Assembly (NCBI GenBank): GCA_020137815.1
Contig: CM035358.1
Coordinates: forward strand, 1,488,001-1,552,000
Direction of reading: 5' to 3'
Source: Hormiphora californensis
Taxonomy: Eukaryota; Animalia; Ctenophora
Length of the DNA stretch: 64,000 bases
The position numbers were made by a program, and so were the translations under genes. The notes under the pieces were generated by a model, which had not been told where the DNA came from, did no database searches, and was given only the letters and a program-made list of their open reading frames with translations. Shown here piece by piece: positions 1 to 12,739 of this stretch. Position 1 is the stretch's first letter. Every line of letters starts with the position of its first letter.

Positions 1-3000
1 CTCGTATGTATAGAGTGGTTACATTAGACATGTATCTATCACCCTCCGTTCCATTGATGTTAGTCCACACCTCACACCAATACGTGCCATTATCAATGAA
101 CAACAGGGAATCAAACTGCAACATCATTCCATTCTCTCCATCAAGACGTTCGGGTGTACCACTGGCATTGTGGTACCATTGGTAGCTTGGTGTCCCGGTA
201 TTACCAGTGACGCTGCAGGTAAGATTGGTGGAAGCGGAGGCAACTTCGAACCGACTCCTGTCAATATCCACGTCTGGAGAGAGAGATAGATAGAGAGAGT
301 AAATGTAAGGAATGTTAATCAATTGTGGACAGTTTGAGAATAAATTGTGAGGAATGGCCCCCGGGCGCTTACCAGCGCTGTGAACCATTTGGGACAGCGA
401 GAGGATTGTGAATCAACTGAGGCAGTAAATGTGATTGTGAGGAGTAAAACTTACCAAACACTCCAACGAAGGCATGTTCAGTCATGTTAAACCAGTACCC
501 GTTATCCTCAAAAGCTAACAAACACGTCACATTCCAGCCATCTCTAATTGGTGTAAATGTAGCTACACTTCCGTTAGAGAGACCAGGCCAGGAGAGGGAA
601 TCGTTGTAGTCATTGCCCAGTTCACTGGTAACGTTACAGGATAGGTTCACCTCACCACCTCGTAGTGCTTCCTTGTTGTCCACTACAATCTCTGAAAGTG
701 GGTAGGCATTGTAGGCATTGTGGAACGAACTATAAATATTTGAGTCCCCCTCCCCCGATGATTATTAGTGTCATAGTTGATAGTGGTGACAAGTGAAATG
801 TGACCTACCCATACAACCCGATAGTTTCTGGTGACAGGTGAAATGTGACCTACCCATACAACCCGATAGTTTCTGGTGACAGGTGTAATGTGACCTACCC
901 ATACAACCCGATAGTTTCTGGTGACAGGTGAAATGTGACCTACCCATACAACCCGATAGTTTCTGGTGACAGGTGAAATGTGACCTACCCATACAACCCG
1001 ATAGTTTCTGGTGACAGGTGAAATGTGACCTACCCATACAACCCGATAGTTTCTGGTGACAGGTGAAATGTGACCTACCCATACAACCCGATAGTTTCTG
1101 GTGACAGGTGAAATGTGACCTACCCATACAACCCGATAGTTTCTGGTGACAGGTGAAATGTGACCTACCCATACAACCCGATAGTTTCTGGTGACAGGTG
1201 AAATGTGACCTATCCATAGTTTCACAGTTTCTGATGTAATATGACCTACCCACAAGATCAATAGCAATGGTATCCTGAACAGTAGGACTCTCCTCTAGAT
1301 AACATATCACCTCCCCGCTACTGTTAACCATCAGATAGCTAGTTGTTGAGTTATACTTCACTGACAAGTCCGTTAAATCTGCAAGTAACAGTCAATATTT
1401 TTATACATAGAGCTTTCATTATAAAATAATTAATGGGTGTCCAAATGTTATCAGAAGTACCTGTTGAGTCGTCCTTAGTTTTCCATTTGATACTCTGAGA
1501 CTCACTATTGACGGTACACCACACATTGACACCCCATCCCTTCATTATCACAGCATTGTTGAATGCACTCTTTACAGCTGATAATGGGGGGGGGGGTAGT
1601 GATGGAGAGTTTGTTATTTGGGGTTAGAAATAATCTGGGTTAGGTCCTAGAACCCAAATCTGAACATTCTGGGAATCATTTCAGATTTGATTTTGTAAGA
1701 ACAATAGACCTACACATGGTCATGCAATGTACAATTTGTACAAGTTACAAATGAAAAGTTTTCAGATACACAAAAAGTACATACCCAGTTTCTCCAGTGT
1801 AGAATAATGACTCCGCAACACCTTGGCAGTATGATGAATCCCTGAATACTCCACTTCACAGAACACCTTCTTCCCCACCATACCCTCACTCATCGTCACC
1901 TCCCAGGAACTAACAAACACCCCATCCTCTGTTATATTCGACACTGTACCATCACTAACCAGCTCAATATCACCCACATCATTCAGGTAGTTCCACCTCA
2001 CGGCAGGTTCAGCCACACCTCCAGGCAGATCTGCTCCACACGAGAGAGAGATAGTGGTACCAACCGGGGCTCCGACATGCTCTGGTATGTGACTAGTGTT
2101 GAGAGCCAGGACTGTTACATTGGTCCGTTCGCTGGATAGCCCATACATCATGTAGTAAGGCACCCCACAGATAAACTCGCCACCATCCTTCTCTGTACTT
2201 CAAATCAAGCTCCAGTGCTGCACTTAACATTCTAGTATCATTGTCATATGACACGTTTGTGGATGTAATATAGTCCGAGTATAGAAAATCGTACCATGAC
2301 ACCTTCATGTACCTATAAGGACTCTCAACGTCACATATCAGTGTCACAGTAGTGTTGGTAGTGGTGTAGATCTGCTGGGGTCCCTGAATAGAGAACAAGG
2401 ACACAACAATCTCTCCGATATCTCGATCCGGGGTGGGACCTTCCACCCAAGCTAGGGTAGGTAAACTGACAGGAGTAGTTCCCTGTTTCATGAGCATGTG
2501 TAGGGTTGAAGATATCATAGTACGCTACCCAGTAGCTTCTTTCCCAGCGCTTCATGAAAGCTATCAAACTTTCATCAAACTGGAAAAACCTTGATCCAAC
2601 CTCGAAATCCTTGGCAATAATTACTGGAGTGGTGCCTATAATTTGCCCATCACGGGTGAAAGTAGCGTTATTGGGCTCCGTATTACTCATCAGTAAACAT
2701 CCCACCGTTAACCCGGTCCGATTGAATTGATACCCGGGAGGGTTGGGGTAGGTAAAGATGATATTCCTGACCTCCAAATCACCTGAGTCCTCCCAGTAGT
2801 GATCTTCATAATTATCATCCTCCCACTCGAACTCGCAGAAGTAGGTCGTTCCAGCGACGGGCATTGTCAAAAATGTCTCGTTGAGCCAAAGTGAAGTGCG
2901 GTAGAAGCCGTTAGAATCTGGTTCGGTGTCACGCGTCACATGGTTCATCATATCACCCTCTGGTGTTATGACGTGTTCAATGTTCATTTTTCCAGTGTTG

Positions 3001-6000
3001 TAGGTGTCGTTGTAGTTGAAATACCTGATATATATGGAGGGGTATAATAAAATCTGAAACTGTGATTCGATAGGTTTGAAAAATATCACCCATCCTTCAC
3101 TCCCAAGACCGTTTCCAGAACTACATACAACTCCCAATCCTGATTCCCTACTCACCAACCATTTCTTACCAAGTAGTCGTGATGTTTCCGTTGATAGATC
3201 CGTTGACAGATCCATTACCACCCAAAGCAAGGGTACACTCAAGTGTAACATTATCCCCAGTAGAGTAGGTAACGGGATTAAGTCCTCTCTCAATACCTAT
3301 ACAGTAGTTGGGGCAGAGTAGTTTCATGGAATGAATGAGTTTAATATGGTAACCGGGTTGTTATCAATGGTAACTCAACCATTACTGTGGTAACTTAACG
3401 GTACAGTTACCACATATGATAACTGTACCGTTGTTACTATGGCAACTGTTCAGTTACCATGTTGTTACTATGGCAACTGTTCAGTTACCATGTTGCTACA
3501 TGACAAACCTTCGTATGTAAGAGAGATGTTCCTGCTGAACAACAGTCGTGTTGTGTTAGTCGGATCCCAGAATGAGCACTCAATTTGCCGGGGCATATCA
3601 GTGTACTTTCTTTCACTAACACTTAGCCATGTCCATGATGTGGGGTAACTGAGTAACGGAATTGGGCATTAAAATTCGGTAGATACCAACCGAATAAACA
3701 GGGTATATATACAATGAGCTATGCGCTATAGTATTGAGGATAGCATGCAGTTCAAATTCATTTTGAATTACCTCTGTGTCGCAAATGAATTGTACTCAGT
3801 ATCATTTTGTTGGAGTTCAACGCCATCAACCTTCCAGGTAAATGGGAGGTAAATGGTGTCATATAAGTAGTAATAGTTGGTGTAGGAGCAATCAAGGTAT
3901 TCCTCGGTCTTAGTGGATGATACGTCACTGGTTGCATTAAAATCTGGTAGAGAGGGATAACAATTTATTTTCCAACAGTTCTGAACAATTGCGAATATTG
4001 AAATTGATTCAGCCCCATTCAGACGATATATGACGTACCCTAATAGTAAGTGTAACTAACCATATCTGTTAACAACAGCTGAACTTTCCGAGTCATCATA
4101 ATAAGAGCCGTTAGCTCTAAAAATGCACGTGACCCTTCCTCTATACCACATCGTCCCGTTATAACCATCATCGTCATCATCCAGATATAACAGTGTTAAT
4201 ATAGAGGTAGTTGTGTTGTGGAAGCTGTCGTAGTCTCCCTGGAATTATTGGGTTAACCATGGTAACACATAGGAGTAACCATGGTAACACATAGGAGTAA
4301 CCATGGAAAGGGGGTGGACTATAGCCGCTGCATCTCGTTTCTGCCAACTAGTGTTACAACTGTACGGAACCCTCTAGCTCCGATACCCTGTTTACAAGCC
4401 ATACAGCAGGGATCTCGGCTATAATCGAGATGAATCTAGCCGAGATCCCTGCTGTATGGCTTGTAAACATGGTATCGGAGCTAGAGGGTTCCGTACAGTT
4501 GTAACACTAGTTGGCAGAAACGAGATGCAGCGGCTATAGTCCACCCCCTTTCCATTTGACATGTACCGGTGACAGTGCACGCCAAGACGGTAGCCCACCG
4601 CTCTCGTTACCATGTGTTGGCCAGTTTAGGATCAGTTCGCCCGACCCACCCTTTATATAGGAGTAACCATGGTAACACATAGGAGTAACCATAGTAACAC
4701 ATAGGAGTAACTATGGTAACACATAGAAGTAACCATGGTAACACAAAGGAGTAACCATGGTAACCTATCATGGTACCATCTAGTGCCAATGGTAAACATT
4801 ATGGCAGCTATAATTATAAATAAGATTATGTAATGGTATACTCCAAAGATCCAACAAGTGCAACTACAGCTTACCATATCAATGGTGTGTGAAGTATTAT
4901 AAGGGACATCCCAGTAAACATCAAGAGCTACATCATCACTACCGTATACACAGGTGAATGTGATGTTGTCCAGACCGTGTGGGACGTGGACCACCTCGGG
5001 CAGTTCCACCGTGATACCTATAGTTGGGGGATGTTAGAGGTTGAGGTGGGGTAGGGCTCTTCGTGGAAAAAAAATTTCAAAAAAGAGCCCCCCTAGAACG
5101 ATAGACTAGACCTTTTTCTAGGCCCTGATTATTTGGAAATCACTTGTACTGCTTCCTGGAATTGGCGCAGACGCCCCGAAAAATCGCTTTGAAATCACTT
5201 TTTTGCATAAGGGTGGGGACTGTGGAGGATAAAGGTTGGGGGATAGAGGTGGGGATAGAAGTGGAAAATAGAGAGAGAGTTAGAGGTTGGGAAAGTCGTG
5301 GGGAATCGAAGATGAGGATGGAGAAAAGAAGGAATTGAACGGGTAGTCACCCAGACGTGGGGAGCAACTAATTACCTCTGACATAGAACCGAACCATGTC
5401 GGCAGAGAAATGGTTGTGTTCATTGTGTGACAGTGAGGAAACGTTGCAGCCGTACCACCCCGCATCGTTCTGACTGACGCTGTTGGGAGAGAGAATTGGT
5501 TACAAAATAACCCCTCACGACCTTCGCGCGCTGGCAAGGGAAGGGTAACTTCGTTACCAAGAAATAGAAGGGGGTGTAACATATCCACCTCACTCAAAAG
5601 AGAGTACATGATGAACTCAAATCCATGACATAATTCATGGTAAAGAGAGAGGGAGATAACCACTGTTGTTATGTTGCCATAGTTACCATGACGTAGAAAC
5701 CATATTAGAGTTTTGTTACAAATACCCAAAAGTGACCATTTTCGGCCACAGGGACCATAAAACTCAGTCTCATGTTATGATTATCTCATCGTGAACCCGT
5801 ACACTTGAATATGACTCGCGGAAAAAGTGGACCTTAGGGCCAGGGCCTGATGAACCATTTTGGAAAAAGTTCGAGGTCAGATTAGTTGCTACGTCAAAAG
5901 TTCGTGCTAATTCACATCGGTATGAACCAACCATTTTTTGGCGCCTGGTACAGCAGCTCCTTTTCTAGAAACATGCCAAAATTCTATGAACCAAATGGTC

Positions 6001-9000
6001 TGTTATTCAACCTGAACACCTGATAATATCAACAATAAAATACCAATGAAAAAATCACTTACTTTTGCAGCATCAGTAAGGAGTCACCATCCTCGAATCG
6101 TGAAGTATGGATTATCCTCTCATCTTCATAGTCACCCTGATCTTCTCCTCTCCAGTACCAGGTTACTTCCGAGGCATTATCACCCACTCGACATTTTAGG
6201 TGTGCATCAGAACCGGGCCGGAAGTTGTCTGGCTCAAATAGGTTAGGTCCTGGGGGAGGTAGTGTGAATTAAATAAGTTAGGTCCTGACTCCTGGGGGAG
6301 GGAGTGCGAATTAACCAGGTTAGGCCCTGGGGGAGGGAGTGTGAATTAAATAGGTTAGGTCCTGGGGGAGGGAGTGTGAATTAAATAAGTTAGGTCCTGA
6401 CTCCTGGGGGAGGGAGTGCGAATTAACCAGGTTAGGCCCTGGGGGAGGGAGTGTGAATTAAATAGGTTAGGTCCTGGGGGAGGGAGTGTGAATTAAATAG
6501 GTTAGGTCCTGGGGGAGGGAGTGTGAATTAAATATGTTAGGTCCTGGGGGAGGGAGTGTGAATTAAATATGTTAGGTCCTGGGGGAGGGAGTGTGAATTA
6601 AATATGTTAGGTCCTGGGGGAGGGAGTGTGAATTAAATAGGTTAGGCCCTGGGGGAGGGAGTGTGAATTAAATAGGTTAGGTCCTGGGGGAGGGAGTGTG
6701 AATTAAATAGGTTAGGTCCTGGGGGAGGGAGTGTGAATTAAACAGGTTAGGTCCTGGGGGAGGGAGTGTGAATTCAAGACATTGTTTGGGGGCTCAATTA
6801 AGGTAACAAATGCATAGAGTTGTTACTTATTGTGTTACTTAGTAAGTGAATTCTTTTGAAATCAGGGATTTGTATCGTCTAATCAACGGAACTTTACTTA
6901 CGTTGTGCCACATATACTGATTTGTAGAACGACCATAATTCACCACTGTCATTATATGAACTGTGTTGTGACACTTCACAGCTGAAGTTCCCGTGAACCT
7001 CCGGTCTAGATATGAACAAAGTAGTGCCATTTCCAATATAATAAGTGGGGTAATTATAAGTGTGATTATAATAGCCACCGCTGATTACCCTCCCATCGTG
7101 TTTCCTGGATGGAGTAACGACTGGTATTAAAACAATCAAATAATTGGTATACAGTCGAACCCCATTTATCGGGCACCCTGGTTTTATTTAAAGAGTAGTC
7201 CTAGTTCTCTAATTTTATTTCTAGAATTCAACTTTACAAGTTGGGGATGTAGCTGAACACTTACCAAATGATTTCATAATCCTCAGCATCTGTCGCATTG
7301 AAGACACACTCCACCTCCACCTCACCGCCCTCTAGATACATCCTGTCAATCTCCAAACTCCTAACCGCTACCTGTATCTCCATGGTAACGTTCTCCATGA
7401 CTCCCATCCAGCTCGCCTCACAACTGTACCACCCTGAATCACCCACATCGAGGTGCTCAATCCTCATCACACCCACACTACCCTCCATCTCTCCGGTGTT
7501 ATCATCTACACTGGAGGAGTTATCATGGTCAACAGTCCAGTTAACATGGTTAACCGGGTGGATCAGGGAGGTGTTGGTAGGGAGACAGGAGAGTTCTAGA
7601 GGTTGCCCAGCAACGAGATTCAGCACCATTCCAGTTGAGTTTCCACTCCACTGAATCGTCTTATCTGTGTTATCTGATCGCACTCTCATGACCATTCCTG
7701 CGGGGGAGTGGGGGATGTGTGAATATTATAAAAGGCTCCGGAAGGGGAAAACAATGTAGGTCGAGTCATGAATCGTGACTGAATTCGAGAGCAAAGAATG
7801 AAAATTGTTCATTCTATTCTTTCCATCTAATCGGACAATGCTATGCTGGGAGAGAGATCAGAGAGGGAGAATAATATAATATGAGAGTGGGAAGAATTAA
7901 TACGAGGGGCGCCGTGCCAAATTATCGAGGATTTTGTACCAAAGTGGGGAACTCTGAACATACCGAGTATAGTTAGGTTGGCGTAGTTTGACCTGTACAC
8001 AAAATCTTCCTCAAATTCTACCTCGCATCCATAAGACACGTCACCCGAAGAGTAGTCCGGCACAGTCACCTCTAGGGTCCCATTGCTACCAAGTGTATCA
8101 GTTACATTAGTCTTGGTTCCATTCATCATTTTAACCCAGGTGATGTTGGTAGCGTTTGACATGCCGGTGTGACAGGTTAGAGTCAGTTCTGTTCCTGCGG
8201 TTCCAGCCAGGGAGGTCGGGGACAGCGTTACATCTGCAACACAGATATATTTTAAATGTTTAGTTTCACCCCGATAGGTGGAGGGATTCTGAACTCAGAA
8301 GTGAAAGATTTTCGGACTTCATCTCCTACTTTCCAGTTCCGAACTGGATCACACCGGAAGATTAATACTCACTTCGACAGTCAATATCATCATATGTATT
8401 GGTATCATTGCAGGTAACAGTGAAGTTGTTTAACCCTTTGTAATGGTAACCAGGGTAACAAGTGATGTTAACTGTGGTATCCATCTCAACACGTGCCGTT
8501 AGGTAACTCTCGGCGTGGGGAAACTCGGGTAGGGTGCACACATCTGTAGAGAGTTTGACAGGGTTACTCACAGGAACCGACCGAATCAGGAAATACTGGT
8601 CCCTGATTGGCTGATAACCAGTCACGTGACATAAATAACGAGTTCTGATTGGTTGTTTACTTGTTTCGGTCCCTGGTTACTCAACAGTCAACAAAGGGTT
8701 GCTGTGAGATGTCATGTCATATTGTAATTGAAGGTGAGTTTGAACTCCAAGTCATGTTACCAGGGTCAGTCAGTAGTGTCGCATCACTTGATCCCTCTCC
8801 GCACACGCGACTAGATGAACAACATGCACAGAATTTTTTGGTAGTTTAGAGACTCGAAACAAAGTTTATACCTGTACAGTTGTCTAAACTTGTAGAGCCG
8901 GTGTAAATAGTTCCCTTGCCAGCGCTACATTGTGTGCAGTATTCGTTAGCTTCATTATCACTGTACTGATCCAATTCACACTCATCACACACAGAGTTGG

Positions 9001-10281
9001 TGATATTGGCAAACGTTCCTGAATGAGGGGAATTATTGGATAGGGATTGGGTATGGGTTTATGTTATCTTCAAAAATGATATTTGTAATCCCAGAATCTG
9101 TTTCATTCCCACCTTGTTTTCTAATTCTACCAGCTTTCATTATTTTATCGAAACAACCCCCGACCCGCCCAAACACTTCTCTGATTTGCTGCCCAAACAC
9201 TTCTCTGATTTGCTGCCCAAACACTTCTCTGATTTGCTGCCCAAACACTTCTCTGATTTGCTGCCCAAACACTTCTCTGATTTGCTGCCCAACTCACCCG
9301 GTCCACAGTACACACAGACTTCATCCGAAGAAGAGTTCGAGTTGTTGGTACCGTTAACTCTCATTAGGACACATCCGTTGGGGCAGTCTGGTTCTGGTGT
9401 AGGATCGGTAGGGTCCGGATCCCATCCATTACCCCTTCCATAATTCCTTAGCACCGCCCCTCCAAACAGTCTATCTAGTGTTGATTCAAGGTCCTCCATG
9501 GCTTCCTGCTGCCCAATCAGGTCTGTCTCCAGGGTGGTTGCCATGGTAACAGAAATGCTGTCAGCAGTACAGGAATGAGATAGGAGGAGGGTGTTGGGTT
9601 GTGAGTTGATAATATCCACCATTGACTGGCAGGTATACCCAGGTTGGATTGGATAGACTTTGGGTAGGGTTGGAACAGTAAAACCTGAGGATGAGAGTTG
9701 TTGTGAGGATATCAGGGAGTGGAGGAATGGTATCTGGGTCAGGGGACTGCAAGGCTACTATCACTGTCAGGCTGACCACTTCTCGCTTGCTTTACGTGGA
9801 CCAAGGAGAGTGGTTAGGCATCGCATCGCGCTGATTTTAGAAATGGCCGTTAGTTAAATTAGCCCCCAAATATTTGGTACTCACGTGAACAGACGTCTCT
9901 TTTCACCGGTCTCCCCGTCAAATCCACCCACATACCCTTCTTACAACTGTGAAAATATAATAAACGGTTGAGAAGTGCACGTTTATGAAAATAGATTTTA
10001 GGGTAGAGGATCAAGGTACGTCAATTTTGATTTTCAACACATTTTGGTTTGTATCTTGTGAAATATGGTGGGGTGCCAAGTTGGGAGCGAGGGGGCGTTG
10101 TGTAACTTACCTGAGGATGGCATACTTCTCATTACTCAGAATCCTTCCCTCGCTCTCTGGACAAATGGGGGCTATCCTTCCCCCTGACAAAGGCTTGCTA
10201 GTCCCCGGATAAGGGGGACACCCTGATCCAGCTGAACCGGGTAGCAGGAAGTACTACCCCTAGGAAAAGGAGCAGCAACAT
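1..10281 (-). CDS. Large multi-exon secreted/cell-surface protein: signal peptide, Cys-rich (GCC2/GCC3 ephrin-receptor-like) repeat, CCP/sushi, about 13 Ig-like domains; 3' end outside window
   Basis: Manually spliced GT-AG exons: about 10111-10281 (ATG, MLLLLFLGVVLPAT), 9885-9946, 9298-9830, 8872-9018 (GTFANITNSVCDECELDQYSDNEANEYCTQCSAGKGT), 8373-8543 (CTLPEFPHA...VNITCYPGY...VTC...DC, CCP), 7964-8233, 7265-7697 (DSGWYSC), 6902-7104, 6063-6249, 5376-5479 (DAGWYGC), 4875-5017, 4061-4238, 3772-3943, 3509-3648, 3170-3296, 1785-3024 (ETGNYSC, DGGEFIC), 1461-1577, 1250-1378, 455-682, <1-273 (DNGTYWC). Many N-x-S/T sites. Frameshifts are needed near 2200, 2450 and in 9560-10270. Confidence 0.85.
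770..1250. repeat. Intronic tandem repeat, 45-bp unit, about 10 copies, containing a copy of the adjacent 5' splice site
   Basis: Unit gtgacaggtgaaatgtgacctacccatacaacccgatagtttctg at 45-bp period (831, 876, 921 ... 1191). Confidence 0.95.
4303..4555. mobile_element. Near-perfect foldback hairpin (MITE-like), about 119-bp arms and 15-bp loop
   Basis: atggaaagggggtggactatagccgctgc... at 4303 is the reverse complement of ...gcagcggctatagtccaccccctttccat ending 4555. It interrupts a 22-bp tandem repeat (ggagtaaccatggtaacacata, about 4255-4300 and 4658-4765). Confidence 0.85.
6241..6774. repeat. Intronic tandem repeat, 35-bp unit, about 15 copies, containing a copy of the adjacent 3' splice site
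   Basis: Unit ggttaggtcctgggggagggagtgtgaattaaata; on the minus strand it reads ...cactccctcccccAG|gacctaacctattt. Confidence 0.95.
8571..8675. mobile_element. Short hAT-type MITE (copy 1)
   Basis: caggaaccgaccgaatcagg...tcggtccctg flanked by 8-bp duplication gttactca (8563-8570 and 8676-8683); second copy at 38329. Confidence 0.8.
9168..9290. repeat. Intronic tandem repeat, 24-bp unit, about 5 copies
   Basis: aaacacttctctgatttgctgccc repeated next to the donor at 9296-9297. Confidence 0.9.
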
Positions 10282-10949
10282 ATTATAGTGGGATCAAATC
10301 GAAATTATATGCACCACGTCCTTAGAGAAAATCTAGCTCTGTGGAGGGGGACGCGTGATAAGATGTAACCTAAGCCCGTAACTCAGGTAATGATCTGGGA
10401 GAATGAAATTCTGGAAAGGGGCTCAGGATGACGTGATATGAACCAGTAGTGTGGCGGGGGAGTCCGTGGGTGATTAGATTTCGAGTTTTGGATTTCGTAA
10501 CCATTAACAACGAGTATCTAACAACTATGGGAAACTATTAGGTTATTACATCGTCCAGTCAGGATCTTCGCTAAATTCAGCTCACAGCCGTACAACAAGA
10601 TACTTTTCACTGGCACCACGCGACAGGTTAGACTATCTGGCGTTCCATTCAGCTGAAACATATACACGAACTGGGTCTTAATATGTGCATGCTTTTTATC
10701 TGTTCTCTACAAGTCCATCACCGGGATTATCAACACAGATATAAGACACGAGTCATCCATGTTAATAACATTGTTATAGTTCTTGCAGAAGAGATTCAGT
10801 TCTTGCAGAAGAGATTCAGTTCAGATGAAGACAAGAACTTCCACCAAGTGCAGCACTATGAATGAAGAACAATTCATTCAGTGACACAGTACTTCCACCA
10901 AGTGCAGCACTATGAATGGAGGAACTATTCATTCAGTGACACTTCTACT

Positions 10950-12663
10950 TCACGCCACCTTAACGGAATGAATCCTGGTGGGCGATGAGGGAGGGGCAGG
11001 TAACTCCTTTCTCTGTTGCGACCTCACCAAACAGAAAGGCCGGTAGGTCTGTTTCCTAACCCCACTCTGCCGCTGCTGTTCAATAAAACTCGGCCGACTC
11101 AACTTGATAAACACCCGCTGATCTGCCGCTGGTTCATTGTGGTAGGGTTGGTTGAGGACGGAGGGCAGGGTTCGGCGCTGTTGCTGCTGGTGGAACGGGC
11201 TGATTTTGGGAGACAAGGGAGATCGGGAGTGGGTGGGTAGTCCAAAGGCGCTGAATGTAACACGTGGTACTGATCGAGGTCCTGAACCACCAACTGGAGT
11301 CGTTGGAGCTGAAAATAGATGAGGATGAGAGGCATTGATTTAGTTCCCCTCCTATTCAAGCACAATATTTTGAGTGTGTATCGAGCTATACTAAGCTATA
11401 CTAAGGAGCTCGATACTTCTTACTCAAAATGTGCTGAAGCTCTATATGCTAAACTCTGCAACAACCTCTCTAGTTATAGAAGCTGCATGTCATTATGTTG
11501 ATATATTTTAAAATAGACCTGTCCACGCGGCCCGGACACGCCTAAAAGTTTTAGTAAAACACCGGAAACAGTGTGTTTGCCAGAATCACACTGCTTCAGC
11601 TATTATACATCGCCTATTATACTACCAGGCTTTACAAAGTGCAAACATTTATTGCCACGCTCAATTTGTTTTGCTGGCTATAATTAAACACTCTGCTAGT
11701 TACTGAATTAGCTGAATATATTATGCTAATCACCTGTTCTGCTAATTGTGACATTTCGTTGTTGTTTCTCCCTGATCTTCTTGGCGTCCTCAAAGAGACT
11801 CCTCAAATAGTAATGAACCTGACAAAGATTAGCTGGTTAACTGATCTGCTTTGGAGAGCCGAAAGCTACGTATTTGGGCTCAAGGAACCCCATAATGACT
11901 TCGCCATTAGTCCCTAGCTCCTCCACCAGTCCGGCACCGCTAGATTCAGTGCGCTCAGATCGGGTAGACTAGTCTCCAGGTCGAGCTACTTGCCTCTTGA
12001 GTACACTGCTTGTCCTTTAACGGTACTACTCGTTCACTCCTCTTCGTGTCACCCAGTACCCGCGGTCTTGAAGACTGTAAAATAAATAAACTTTAATCGC
12101 AAAACATCTAAAAAGTAAAAACTTTGACTCGCTCTAAAAAGTACAAACTCATACCTTGACTTGCTCTAAAAAGTACAAACTCATACCTAGACTATAGTTC
12201 ATGTATAATACCTGTGGAGAGTTGCCAGGCATTTGACTGTTGTGGAATCTACACAGTCGTATCCTCCTTGTTTCCTCAACTCGAGCTCGGGTAGTACTCA
12301 GCCGGGGTTGATCCCCTGCTCCACGGCGCCTCGGTGAGGCAAACTCAAGCTGGGTCATAATTATACTTGGGGAACCAGAATAGAAGCTATGGGACATATT
12401 TAGGAGAGTTAAGGAGTGGTGTTAGAACTACCTGGTTCTGTATAACTATTAGTTATACAAAACCATGAGGTACTTAAGACGTCGCCCTACTATAAATACA
12501 GATGGAGCATGTTTAGTTATTTTTTAGCTAAGGCCCAGCCTAAAACCACATTGCACTTGCAGATATTTGACGCACTAAATAGAGAAAGGAATGTACTAAA
12601 AGTACGGCATATACGATGCATAATGAGACGAGAGAGAGATGGAGAGAGAGGGAAAGAGAGAGA

Positions 12664-12739
<76 letters not shown>

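Noticed and set aside
770-1250. CRISPR-like array
   Set aside because: Units are contiguous with no unique spacers, lie in a eukaryotic intron, and there are no cas genes.
683-1267. 194-aa repeat ORF (VWVGHISPVTRNYRV)n as a separate gene
   Set aside because: It is an alternative frame of the 45-bp intronic repeat.
7149-7181. Full Tc1/mariner element
   Set aside because: Only one TIR-like remnant (tacagtcgaaccccatttatc) with no partner end.
9033-9443. ORFs with PKHFSDLL / FGQQIREV repeats
   Set aside because: Artefacts of a 24-bp intronic repeat.
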